From a virus, in IMG/VR virus record IMGVR_UViG_3300032820_000001, positions 64,001 through 128,000 of that record: DNA of 64,000 bases; one strand, written 5' to 3'. The translations under genes and the position numbers were made by a program. The notes under the pieces were generated by a model that was not told the origin of the DNA, did not search any database, and saw only the letters and a list, made by a program, of their open reading frames with translations. Shown here piece after piece: positions 51,295-61,629 of the stretch (within the stretch, counting starts at the first letter, position 1; every line of letters starts with the position of its first letter).

Positions 51295-54200
51295 TTATCT
51301 CCCTCCCCCAAGAATATCTTCAACCGTCTTTTCGTCAGCAACAGCGGCACACGCAGGATCGCCGGTACCGCCAGTGCCCGTTGATCTCGGATCGAACCTA
51401 TCACCAGTATCAATCCCAAAAGAATCATATATCTCATTTATCTGATCAAGATTATCTGCTAAATTAAGTTGTATTTGTAGTCGCGATATGACATCATCTG
51501 GGGCAGCGGCATATGCCGGAACACTGATAACAAAATACTCATTATAAATTTGTGCTGTGTTGCTTCTCTTAAACCCGATCTGATCCGCTTCATATGGTTT
51601 TAGTCTGCACAGAATATTTTTGCCGGCGCTGAAATTGTAATAGTCGCGGGTGAGAGGCATAAAATTGGGGGAGCTTATGAGTGTGTCTCCGTCAATGTCC
51701 TTGTCGTATCCCGTCAGAACCTCTATCTCTGCCATAGAGCCTAAAATTAAATTATATCTATCATTGTTTCCCGCGTTGGCAGAGGAGATGATAGCACTAA
51801 ATGCAGTACCAAAATTAAAACCAGACGAGAATATAGCCTTTAAGTGGTTGGGTAAAAGGTCAAAGTTCTTTTTAGATATGGTTTTATTTTTCCCATCGAT
51901 GCCGATGATCTCCAAGCTTTCACCAGATTGGATAATTTTCGAAGAAAGTGATGATAAATCCTTATCCAAAGTAGTGGGTGGAACTTTGGTGTTCTGCAAA
52001 TTTGGAGAATTAATACTCGTAAATCTCGCCATTGGATTAATGTTTTCTAGTTTTCTGTTAATTTCTTCAAAAGCCCTCGACCCCTTTTGCACCCCCGATG
52101 AAAGAATAATATCAGAAATTTTAGCAGTATCAAAGGGGTTTGAATAGCCAAGCTCTCTCGTGTGAAAGGCTGCCTCAAATTTCTCAATAGATTCTTTTGC
52201 TGCGTTATTTTCGTTTAGTTGGGTCTGATCGTTTACCATGGTAAAATTTTCGTCGTTTGCGGGACGAATCTGCAGAAAGCTTGAAAAATTGTTCTGTAAA
52301 CGAGGCTTCGTGAGTTCTGCTAATACATTTCTATATTTCTTTTCTTCATCTCCCGAAGAAAGTGTTTCAACTTGAACATCTCCAGAAAACGAAGTAGTAT
52401 CGTCGCTATTCACCATGTAGGTTTTGTCACTCAACCGAATAGAAGTTGGGGTAAGAAACGAGAAAGAAGAGCCTCGGCCTTGTGATGTTATCGACTGACT
52501 TCCATATTTTACAGAGAAGGAGACATCTTCTGCGTTGAAAAACCTAATACTTTCATCTTGCATTCTTTTTTCGAAGTCGGGGCCGCTGATAGTTTTAAGT
52601 CCTTGAGCGGCATCGATTTCCAAAACCTCCGTCGAGGAAAGGAAAGCAATTCCTTTTTTATAGGTATCAGCGGCGTTAAAAACTTCAGGAAACGTATATC
52701 CTATGGAAAATTTTAATTTGCCGCGTGGGGTTCCAGCAGTTTGAGCCTCTGTTTTTGTTTTCCATACTGTTCCGGTGCCACGGTCGACGACGGTCATCAC
52801 CTTCCTCATGTTTTGTTGCATGGTGGCAAGAATACTAATTGCTTTATCTACACCAGCAATTGTTCCAGTTCGGGGAGATAAATTATATCTCAAAGTGTTG
52901 ATAAACTTTTTAATCGAGGGGTCGTCTAAGTTATCAGCCAAAAAAGTTATATTCTCTGATATTGATATAAGGGCCCGAATATATGGGAGGTTTTCAAAGG
53001 GCGTTCTTAATTTCATATTAGCAATAAATTCAGGATCATATGTATCTGTGCTTTTATCGTAATTATTATTTTCGTCGAGCGTATTTCTATAGCTCTCAAG
53101 CTGCGCTTTTGATTGAGCGAGATCTCTGCTTTGGAAATCCATAAATTTATAAATTCCGTCGACTACTTCGGCCTGAACTGTATATTGGTATTTTCCCATA
53201 TTGATGTTTTTGAAAGAGCGATCTGCGCCGGAAAAACTTCGAAGAAGGAGATCTCCATGCTGAAAACTAAATTCTTCTTCGCGGAGGGCGCCATATCTGG
53301 CATTTGATTCTCTGAAATTATCTCCGGTTTCCTCTCCTCCGATAACAAACAATTCATTTGGCTCCGAGCATATATCTCCCGTTGTTCCTGCCGAGTCTAC
53401 GCGGCGTCTTTTTAATTCCATGACCCTTATCGCAGAACTCAAAAGAACTCGATCTCTAAGTCTCGGTGGCATACGATCAAAAAGATTTCCATACTTAGAA
53501 GTGTTTAAGTAGGCGGACTCATAATCTAGTGTAAAAAAGAACCTTAGATTTCCGTCTAGGTCTCTGCAGGTGCGGAGCGGGGAAAAGTAATTTAAGGTGG
53601 TGCCGCTCAAGCAGTGAAGTATTTCTTTTTTCAGTGAACTGAACGGGGATGAAATTCGAGGAAGAACATCATATAAGTCCCTATAATCTGCGACTTTTAT
53701 ATTGGGAATGGTTCGAACTGTTAGAAACTCAGGAGTATCGGTAGCACTGGTTCCTGTTATCCATCGGCCATTTTCGAGTTGTACTTTGGGGCCGCGATAA
53801 AAGGCAGTGCCCAAGAAATACCCCACAGATTTTGTAAGGGCTTCTCCGTTCTCCATCGTCGGAACAACCGATGGCACACCCGATATTTCCTTCATATCAA
53901 CAACTCTAAACGTAATTCCCCTACTAATACTTAAATCTTGTTTTGTTATTTTTGTATTGGCAGAATAAGACAACTTAATTAAATTATCATAATTGAATTC
54001 CTTCAAAACAATTTTATAAGCGACTCGCTGGAATTTCTTTCTTTTATTCTTCCTTGTGATTCTTTCAACAGAGTGGATGTGATCGTTGGACGATATTGTT
54101 ATAGAGCGAGGCGTGGATCCAAGTGCCCCTCTTCTTTTAGAAGCCTCAGTGAGTTCTATTTTCAGCAGATTTTTATAATCATCGTTCGTAACCCAAGTCC

Positions 54201-54324
54201 CAACACCCGATGAATTTATATACTCATTAATGGATAGGTGGACAACTACACGATCCCTCTCCAGAAGAACTGCGTCTATCTCCACATTTGGTACAAGATC
54301 CCCAACAAGATCAATCGCTGCCAT
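51295..54324 (-). CDS. Large hypothetical virion protein (1009 aa)
   Basis: Long intact ORF in the baseplate block. Confidence 0.7.
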   Translation of the reverse strand: MAAIDLVGDLVPNVEIDAVLLERDRVVVHLSINEYINSSGVGTWVTNDDYKNLLKIELTEASKRRGALGSTPRSITISSNDHIHSVERITRKNKRKKFQRVAYKIVLKEFNYDNLIKLSYSANTKITKQDLSISRGITFRVVDMKEISGVPSVVPTMENGEALTKSVGYFLGTAFYRGPKVQLENGRWITGTSATDTPEFLTVRTIPNIKVADYRDLYDVLPRISSPFSSLKKEILHCLSGTTLNYFSPLRTCRDLDGNLRFFFTLDYESAYLNTSKYGNLFDRMPPRLRDRVLLSSAIRVMELKRRRVDSAGTTGDICSEPNELFVIGGEETGDNFRESNARYGALREEEFSFQHGDLLLRSFSGADRSFKNINMGKYQYTVQAEVVDGIYKFMDFQSRDLAQSKAQLESYRNTLDENNNYDKSTDTYDPEFIANMKLRTPFENLPYIRALISISENITFLADNLDDPSIKKFINTLRYNLSPRTGTIAGVDKAISILATMQQNMRKVMTVVDRGTGTVWKTKTEAQTAGTPRGKLKFSIGYTFPEVFNAADTYKKGIAFLSSTEVLEIDAAQGLKTISGPDFEKRMQDESIRFFNAEDVSFSVKYGSQSITSQGRGSSFSFLTPTSIRLSDKTYMVNSDDTTSFSGDVQVETLSSGDEEKKYRNVLAELTKPRLQNNFSSFLQIRPANDENFTMVNDQTQLNENNAAKESIEKFEAAFHTRELGYSNPFDTAKISDIILSSGVQKGSRAFEEINRKLENINPMARFTSINSPNLQNTKVPPTTLDKDLSSLSSKIIQSGESLEIIGIDGKNKTISKKNFDLLPNHLKAIFSSGFNFGTAFSAIISSANAGNNDRYNLILGSMAEIEVLTGYDKDIDGDTLISSPNFMPLTRDYYNFSAGKNILCRLKPYEADQIGFKRSNTAQIYNEYFVISVPAYAAAPDDVISRLQIQLNLADNLDQINEIYDSFGIDTGDRFDPRSTGTGGTGDPACAAVADEKTVEDILGGGR

Positions 54325-54337
54325 TTAGTCTACCTCC

Positions 54338-55468
54338 CTAATCATCACACGGTGGATCACTTTCGTTATTGCGAGTTGCATCATTATCATATAGCCCACC
54401 CTGATTCCCAGAAGAATTTTCCAAATCTTCCAATATCTCTGAATTCATATTTGCAATCTCGTCTAGGCTGAGGCCGTAGACATCGCTTCCTGCTCCACCA
54501 GTTCTTGAATTATCAATCGTCGGAAATCTAAAAGAACTAATCAAAGATTCCAAATCTCTAATGTCTGCAAATCTCCCACTGGCAAAGGCTCGCTGCAGAA
54601 TGGTTCTATCTATTTCACCATCCAACTCTAAATCAAAATAATACTCTACCATCCCAGGATCATACGAAGCATCAAAATCTGCATCAGAGGATGGATCATG
54701 ATCTAACATAATTCCGTCAACAATCCTATTAAACTGAGGTGTTTTCTTAAATTTGAGGGGATACAATATTTCTTCATTTGCCTCATCCTTCACTTCGTAA
54801 ACCTCGACATTAAAATTCTTGTCGTCGGAAGTGGAGTTTTTCTCTTGCAAGTAAAGTAAAAACTCTGCGTCTTCGGTTTCTTTGAGAGTGACACTGCTGC
54901 CATCTGGAAAGATATGGCCATAGACCGCTGAATTGTCGTCTGTTCCTCTTATTCCCTTCTCTGTAAAAATTCTTTTCTTGACCTCTATTTGCGGGATGTT
55001 AACGACAGAACCTGTCGTATCACCAAAATAAAAATAGGGAACTGCAGAATCAGTGGAGCCGAGGAGCATGTAAGATCTCCAGGCGGGGTAATATTTGCTA
55101 TCGTTGGACGAGTGGCCAATCGGGAGGAAGATATCTTTTCTCTTTTTCTCCTCCGCCAAAGTGGAGTCCAAATATCGAAGACCATAAGCCGATTCGTAAT
55201 TGTCCATGAAGTCGGTTGGTACGCCGTCGAAACTCACTTCGTTTCGGTTTCTTGCACCGTCCTTGTGAATTTGCAGCCTTGATCTTGGTGTTTCAAGGAT
55301 CCTTTGGTCGACGTTGCCGGAAGAACATCCATATTGGTCATCGTAAATTACATCATGATCAAAAAACGCATAATGAGAGGGATTAAGTCTCCCTCTCGAA
55401 TATAAAGTCTTTCCATAAGATGTCAATTTAATCTCGACTACTTCTTCTTTTTTATCAAAAAATGTCAT
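54338..55468 (-). CDS. Baseplate-type structural protein (376 aa)
   Basis: N-terminal VVEIKLTSYGKTLYSRG...YAFFDHDVIYD, related to the N-terminal motif of 47959..48843. Confidence 0.55.
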   Translation of the reverse strand: MTFFDKKEEVVEIKLTSYGKTLYSRGRLNPSHYAFFDHDVIYDDQYGCSSGNVDQRILETPRSRLQIHKDGARNRNEVSFDGVPTDFMDNYESAYGLRYLDSTLAEEKKRKDIFLPIGHSSNDSKYYPAWRSYMLLGSTDSAVPYFYFGDTTGSVVNIPQIEVKKRIFTEKGIRGTDDNSAVYGHIFPDGSSVTLKETEDAEFLLYLQEKNSTSDDKNFNVEVYEVKDEANEEILYPLKFKKTPQFNRIVDGIMLDHDPSSDADFDASYDPGMVEYYFDLELDGEIDRTILQRAFASGRFADIRDLESLISSFRFPTIDNSRTGGAGSDVYGLSLDEIANMNSEILEDLENSSGNQGGLYDNDATRNNESDPPCDD

Positions 55469-58400
55469 CCTGTATCTTCATCATCCTTTTTAAATACAAC
55501 GCTCACGTCAACCTTTGCTCGCTCAACGAGGGAACAAAAATCATAAGGCCAATTGTAATTATACGACGGAATAACTTCTGTCTGCCCATCGCCTTGAAAA
55601 TTAAACTTAAATCTGTTATCATCTGAAGAATCTGTCGTTGTTTCATAGTAATTCCATTTGGCCATCTGTTTGACCTTGAACACCATGAATTTAATATCTG
55701 TCGGGAATTCTACATTGTGGAAAAAGTTATGCTGATCGAATCCGTGGGTGATTTCAATTTCATCTGTCTCTGGATTCGCGGCAATTGCAGGTGTGACCCC
55801 TTGCCAAATATCAATCAAGTCCCGCTGTGAAAGGACATGATCAAATTCCAGGAAGTAAGAAACAAACGTCTTAATGTCGTCATATTTAAGGAAATCATAT
55901 TGAGGGGGAACAACATATTTTTTCATCGCCTGTATGGTTTCTGAAATAGAAGTTTCTCTTATATCTTCACTAATCGCATACCCCTTGTCTTCCAAATTTT
56001 TCTTCTGCTTCTTCAATTCCGTCTTGCTAAATCGGATAAAATGTTTTCCCTTATCAATTTCCACCGTTTTATATGGGATGGCTTTATCAACATATGGAAT
56101 GACCATGATAGCCTCACTTATATCTTTCTTGTCAGCAACGGTTCCAACTTTCTTTGTTCCTGGCGTAAAACCGCAGACATCTATAAGTGAGCCAGTGGTG
56201 AGTGTGTTGACGCTTCGTTTTGCGAAGCTCTCTCTCAGCTCAAATTCATATCCCTTATCCGGCTGAACAGGTTGTCCGTAGCTCGTCCACACACTTCGAG
56301 GGGGCTTCCAACCGGCGGTGCCAGAAGTAAATTGAAACACTGGATCATCCTCAAGATCGGTTACGTGAGAGCTATAATTTGCCAAGTAAGCACTTGAAGA
56401 ATTATTAACAACGGGGCACTCATATTTTGTGGCAATTGCCCAACGAAGGTTTTCGGCGCTTCCTGCGGTTGCCCTATCCGCAATTGTACTGTCGCCGTCT
56501 TCAGATATAGAAAATTGAATATCTTTTTGAAGAATCTTGCCATACAGCTGAACCGAAGCTGAAACAGTTGTCTTCGTTGCTTCCTGGGTGTTTGTCATGA
56601 TGGCCGGCTCGCCGCCTTCTGTCCTTACTCTTGTTGGATCTAAAGTTAATATATTTTCTACTTTAACCGCCCTTAAAATTTCATCTAAACTTATTGGGCC
56701 ACCGACGGATGAACTATAAGATAGGCGAGCTATAGATTCTCCATAAAATCCGGGTGGTGTATATTGACAATAGGCAGGATCATAAAGACCGTCGATTGGC
56801 ATGCCATATAAACTTCCATGTATTCTATAATTTGTAGCGCGCTGGGCTCGGTATGTAAGTTGAACCATTCCGCCGGCGCTTACGACTTCGGGATCGGTGG
56901 GGGCGTAGTCATAACCAGAAGACCCAGCAGAAATATATACATCATTGATGTCCCCAGAAGAGCCGATGGCCATGTCAACACCTGAGCCATAATGCCCGCT
57001 GAACTGTTGGTAATCATTTCTAGCATATACGCGCTGTAAGATAGAACCGCTTAGGCCCTGTGAAAGCGATGGCCACGCGGCGACGTAGCCGGCCGCCATT
57101 GTTATTTCATAGAGCGTAATGCTACCTGCATTAGTAAGAGCATCCACATCGGTGCCAGTGGATCCTATCGCTAGATAAGAGTTGTGTTCTATATCGTCAT
57201 CTTCTTTTGTCTCTAATGATATATACTTTCCAAACTCAATATCATATTGCTCCGGTGATATTGTCATGGTACCTGGAGATGTGGCCCAAGCTCCATTTGA
57301 TGCCACTCTCACAAAACACACCTTGCCTTCGCCGGATGTTATATTTGCTCCGTAAGCGAGCAGCGTATCCGCGTCGAATGCCGTAAATGGGAGGCTGGCC
57401 GGAGTATAGAAGGGGGTTATGGACAAAGAGTTAATTACGGTAAGATCTGGTACAGAAGATGTATAATTGACTGATTCAAAAAAACTTGCACCGGTGTAAG
57501 TTAAAATTCGTATCGCTCCCTCCGGGTTTACTGCGGTACCATCAGTACCTTTAAATGCCACAACCGTTGCCTCAGAAGAAGAACAAGAAGTGAGGCAAAC
57601 GGCGCTGGCTTCGGCGGATGAAACGTCGACGACAGTGCAGGTGTCTAAGAGGGACGCCGTTAGGGGAGACGCGGTGTCGTAATTGTGTAAAAAAACAGTC
57701 GTGTCGGGGAGGGTGCTTATGCCGGACGAATCAGTAAAGCCCGATGAGGCGAAGATGACACCATCGGAGCCCGATGAGACAGACATAGTGGCGCCATAGC
57801 CCCGACTACCAGTAGGTTCGTACCTGGAAAGTAAAGAAATGGAAGTACCGTCGTACTTATAAAAGTAGGCTGCGCCGTACTCGCCGGGCGGATAACCGAT
57901 ATTTTCGCCGACTGCGCCGATGGCAAAGATCAAACCATCTGAACTAGATACCATAGCACAACTCTGGCCAAAGCCTGGAGAGTCACCGCCTGCTGCGGAC
58001 CCAGTTAGCATATCACCTGGATCCAAGTCAATAACATTTCCTGCTTCGTCCACGCTCAATAACATCGCTCGACCTACGAATGAGGATGTGGGGTGATATT
58101 TGCTGGTTGCCAGAACGTAAGCGCCGCCGGCGGGGTTCTCAATTACCGATGTGGCGAGCGACCACTGATCGAGTGTGGTAATATCTGCGTCCGGATCGGT
58201 AGCACTAACACTCATCCCTTCCGTCACGACCTCATTGACGGGGAAGAAGTCAGCCTCTCCATGATATTCAACGTTCTTACTCATGCCCACCTCGTCGCGT
58301 AAGACGATATCCATATAATATGTTTTATCTACCTCAACTTCAGAAAATTGTAATTCTGGGGCCGATGTAAAGGAGTTTAGTTCTCCCCCCTCTAAAAAGA

Positions 58401-61400
58401 AGTTCACACTTTCTGCGAGGAAATTATGAGAAGCTAATTCAAAATTTGGCTTCTTCTTGCCATCCCACTTGCTATAGTATTTAATACTAGCCGAAAAATG
58501 ATCTGGGTTGTCACTGCCAGGAATTGATGAAACGTTAAAAAAATCGGTGCTCTTTGGGAGGTTCTCATTAAAATTGTATAAGGTCTCAAACGGAAGGCGA
58601 ATGTTTGCTGCCGATGACAGGGGCACAATATAGAGTGGGTTTGCCACTGAGCCTGATGATCCGGAGAGGGGGTTCGATGTATAAATGGGATAATCCACGG
58701 CTAGCCCAGATTTAATAGAATTGTAAAGAATTCCAGGAGATGAAAAAGTTTTTAAGAAACTTTGCCAACCTTGGGCCGGGGCGAGCTCACGGACGGCCTC
58801 TGGTTTTGCGGCATCATATAAATACCCAGCCACATTATTGGACAAAGATTCGCTTAGTAAATTACCAAGCTGTACTGTTCTTGTATCTGGATAGAACCCG
58901 TTGTAAGGGAGTAATCTCTTAATTCCAGATGCCCTCAGCTTTATTTGTTTTGGATTTGCAAACTCCAAGTGATCGTCTCTGATTTTTTTCAAATGATCAA
59001 ATTCTTCTGACGAAAGATACGTATTTTCAAAATCAACATTAAAGGTCGTTGAAGTGGGGCTGTCTGCCGAAGAAGTGTAATTAGCTCCCAGGAGGGTTAA
59101 GAAATCTTTATTTTCGGCCCGGAAATTTCCCCCCTGTTCTGAAATATAATAGTCCATGTGTTCGGAGATTCTAAATTCCGGAAGGATTGAAGTTCCCTGT
59201 AGCAGACCCTTCATATTGTTATTATAATCTGAATATGTGTTATACCATCTTGTTTTCCCGGACATCTGCTCGATCAGTCGTTCCGAATAATCACTAAATG
59301 AGCCGTCAACTCCAATATTGTTTGTTTCCAGAAAAGCGAGTGCTGGTCTTGCTTCCGAGCCACCAGCTTGTGTCATTGACCGATCAGTGTCTGAATTAAG
59401 CTCTCCGACGTTCTTGGGTGCGGGGAGTACAGGGAGGGATGCATAACCATCAGATCTCATTGGATCGAAAGCTAGTGCATTAGATTGATTCTCTTCTCCC
59501 TCAATTTCATACCCCTGGGAATTTAGGGCGCCCGTTAAGCTCCTCATCTCCGTGGTTTTATATATTGTGTTTTGAGTTCCGTAAATTTTATCGTAGCCGC
59601 GTGGGCCGGTGCCAGCTACTTCAGAATAATTCCCACGGACACGAACCTTCTTCATAAAAGCGTTCTCATCTTTTGGCCATAAAGTCTGTCCATATGTTAA
59701 AGATATAAATCCCTTAACTGGATTATTGGGATCTTCACCTGACTCGTCGAGATATAGCTTTTTAAGTTCCGCATATTTTGTTTTCTTGTCGGAAACCCTA
59801 AAATTATAAAGCTGGTTAATCTCATCGTTGGAATACCGAGTTAGTTCATTTCCATAAGCGGTACTCAACAAAAATGGGGTTCCTGTCGTGTCAATTGCCA
59901 ATTCATGTTCCATTGGCATATGTTTTGCAACAACAGGGGGTTCGATATATTGAGTTGTCGGCGACTTCGTAATGGGAAGGATGTTGTGTTCCCGGTAATA
60001 TCTGGAGAGTCTTAGTTCGCCTCCTCGGATCTCTTTCCATGAATTATAAGTGTATGCAGCGCCAAAGAAATCAAAAGATTGTACAGCTGTGTCAGGATCG
60101 ATATAAACGTTGTTAAGGATGTGTGGGGAGGGTAAATTGATAATTACTGAAAAAACGTGTGCGTCGGTGCCGCCACCGCCGTCGGCCATATCCACAGTGA
60201 TGGTAGTATCTCCAACGTCGAGCAAAGTGGGAGATCCCGAAAAAGTTATGTTTTGACCTGCATAATCTATCACATACGACATCCAAGCTGGCTCATCGGT
60301 GACAAGAGCTGAAGTTACCGCAAATGGTGCATTAAAATACCACTTATATTCATAGGGCTCTTCAGCGATCCCATTCGGCAGAAGCGCCATCAGTGATGCT
60401 CTGCGCCAAGTAGTAAAATCAATAGTTCCAGAATAAAAAGCAATATCACTTCCGGTGGCGAATCCGGGAAACTCACTTTGTGTTGTTTCTGCTGAGGCTG
60501 TGATCCAGCTATACTGAAGGGTGCTTTGAGGAATGGCATGTGTTACATAACCATTATCATATACAAATTTATCAGTAACGACATCCGCATACCCACAATC
60601 CAAAGGGGGATAAAGGCAAGATCCGTCGTCAACCGTTGCATTAACTGTATAATTACACGCGTTGGCATCGGTACACCCTTCTGGAAAATCTGGGCCTCCA
60701 GGGAGGGCAGATGCCGAGGTATAGTCCCAACTGCTCGATATTACGTCAGATGACGACGTGAGAGTTTTATATAGTCGCGGGTTCCTATTTGTCGTATGAT
60801 ATTTTGTGGGTACACCTGGAGGAATATCCGTCGCCTTCGGCGTGTGTCTTGCCAAGTCTTCTGACAGCTCTCCTCGAACGTTCAAGTTCCGAAAAGGAAT
60901 TGCATTGTAAGCAGACATTTCTTCGCCGATTGGGTTTAAGAATCCACGCGACATTGTATACCGGCTTCCGGGAGCTGAGAACTTGTTTACGAAAATGAAA
61001 TTGTTGTATGAGCCAGTATTGTCTGGCATTGTATAGTCTGGCAATGTTCCAGTTGCAGGTTGCCCTGCAGCGTTGAGGGTATTTAAAACCCTTCCTTCCG
61101 TCCCCAAATGAAGGGGGTAATCAGTTGTGTATTGGCCGGGGAATTCGGCGAAGTGGCGAGGGTTTAATGTTCGTCCCGCTAATTGAACAACCTCATATTC
61201 CTGGCTGTAATTTCCAGGACTGTTAGTTTTTATGTTCCTGATATTTAGTGGTCGCTTTGCATAGGCATCGCGGAAGAACACGGGGCGCCCAGTTGACGAA
61301 ACAGATAGTGTTCCCGTCTGTGCTGCAACTACAAAGCCCTCTTGGCGGTCGGTGGTACTGCCAATTTCTTGATGTCTAAACGGCTCGCCTCCAACCATAT

Positions 61401-61584
61401 CATCAGCAAATGGGCCTTGCATTGGCGGGTTTCGGAAATCGCCATAAGTGTCCGTATGCATGTTGTTAAGTTCAACACTTGCAGTGAAATTTGTATGCAA
61501 ATCCGACAAGTATCCATCCTTTGCGGAGGAACTGAACATTGTAAATGGGACTCTTCTTGTTGATTTATTTCCGTCGTTGCTCAT
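55465..61584 (-). CDS. Large baseplate/receptor-binding protein (2039 aa) with inserted adhesion-like domains
   Basis: GCTDANACNY...ATVDDGSC motif; Ig/cadherin-like unit (WMSYV...TFSGSPT..DVG..TITV...DG); FG-GAP-like repeats (FGQSCAM, YGATMSV, FGKYISL, YGSGVDM). Confidence 0.65.
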   Translation of the reverse strand: MSNDGNKSTRRVPFTMFSSSAKDGYLSDLHTNFTASVELNNMHTDTYGDFRNPPMQGPFADDMVGGEPFRHQEIGSTTDRQEGFVVAAQTGTLSVSSTGRPVFFRDAYAKRPLNIRNIKTNSPGNYSQEYEVVQLAGRTLNPRHFAEFPGQYTTDYPLHLGTEGRVLNTLNAAGQPATGTLPDYTMPDNTGSYNNFIFVNKFSAPGSRYTMSRGFLNPIGEEMSAYNAIPFRNLNVRGELSEDLARHTPKATDIPPGVPTKYHTTNRNPRLYKTLTSSSDVISSSWDYTSASALPGGPDFPEGCTDANACNYTVNATVDDGSCLYPPLDCGYADVVTDKFVYDNGYVTHAIPQSTLQYSWITASAETTQSEFPGFATGSDIAFYSGTIDFTTWRRASLMALLPNGIAEEPYEYKWYFNAPFAVTSALVTDEPAWMSYVIDYAGQNITFSGSPTLLDVGDTTITVDMADGGGGTDAHVFSVIINLPSPHILNNVYIDPDTAVQSFDFFGAAYTYNSWKEIRGGELRLSRYYREHNILPITKSPTTQYIEPPVVAKHMPMEHELAIDTTGTPFLLSTAYGNELTRYSNDEINQLYNFRVSDKKTKYAELKKLYLDESGEDPNNPVKGFISLTYGQTLWPKDENAFMKKVRVRGNYSEVAGTGPRGYDKIYGTQNTIYKTTEMRSLTGALNSQGYEIEGEENQSNALAFDPMRSDGYASLPVLPAPKNVGELNSDTDRSMTQAGGSEARPALAFLETNNIGVDGSFSDYSERLIEQMSGKTRWYNTYSDYNNNMKGLLQGTSILPEFRISEHMDYYISEQGGNFRAENKDFLTLLGANYTSSADSPTSTTFNVDFENTYLSSEEFDHLKKIRDDHLEFANPKQIKLRASGIKRLLPYNGFYPDTRTVQLGNLLSESLSNNVAGYLYDAAKPEAVRELAPAQGWQSFLKTFSSPGILYNSIKSGLAVDYPIYTSNPLSGSSGSVANPLYIVPLSSAANIRLPFETLYNFNENLPKSTDFFNVSSIPGSDNPDHFSASIKYYSKWDGKKKPNFELASHNFLAESVNFFLEGGELNSFTSAPELQFSEVEVDKTYYMDIVLRDEVGMSKNVEYHGEADFFPVNEVVTEGMSVSATDPDADITTLDQWSLATSVIENPAGGAYVLATSKYHPTSSFVGRAMLLSVDEAGNVIDLDPGDMLTGSAAGGDSPGFGQSCAMVSSSDGLIFAIGAVGENIGYPPGEYGAAYFYKYDGTSISLLSRYEPTGSRGYGATMSVSSGSDGVIFASSGFTDSSGISTLPDTTVFLHNYDTASPLTASLLDTCTVVDVSSAEASAVCLTSCSSSEATVVAFKGTDGTAVNPEGAIRILTYTGASFFESVNYTSSVPDLTVINSLSITPFYTPASLPFTAFDADTLLAYGANITSGEGKVCFVRVASNGAWATSPGTMTISPEQYDIEFGKYISLETKEDDDIEHNSYLAIGSTGTDVDALTNAGSITLYEITMAAGYVAAWPSLSQGLSGSILQRVYARNDYQQFSGHYGSGVDMAIGSSGDINDVYISAGSSGYDYAPTDPEVVSAGGMVQLTYRAQRATNYRIHGSLYGMPIDGLYDPAYCQYTPPGFYGESIARLSYSSSVGGPISLDEILRAVKVENILTLDPTRVRTEGGEPAIMTNTQEATKTTVSASVQLYGKILQKDIQFSISEDGDSTIADRATAGSAENLRWAIATKYECPVVNNSSSAYLANYSSHVTDLEDDPVFQFTSGTAGWKPPRSVWTSYGQPVQPDKGYEFELRESFAKRSVNTLTTGSLIDVCGFTPGTKKVGTVADKKDISEAIMVIPYVDKAIPYKTVEIDKGKHFIRFSKTELKKQKKNLEDKGYAISEDIRETSISETIQAMKKYVVPPQYDFLKYDDIKTFVSYFLEFDHVLSQRDLIDIWQGVTPAIAANPETDEIEITHGFDQHNFFHNVEFPTDIKFMVFKVKQMAKWNYYETTTDSSDDNRFKFNFQGDGQTEVIPSYNYNWPYDFCSLVERAKVDVSVVFKKDDEDTG

Positions 61585-61629
61585 CTATGTTTTACCTTTA
61601 CTGTTCTAACTAGGCTCTTTTTGAGGGTT

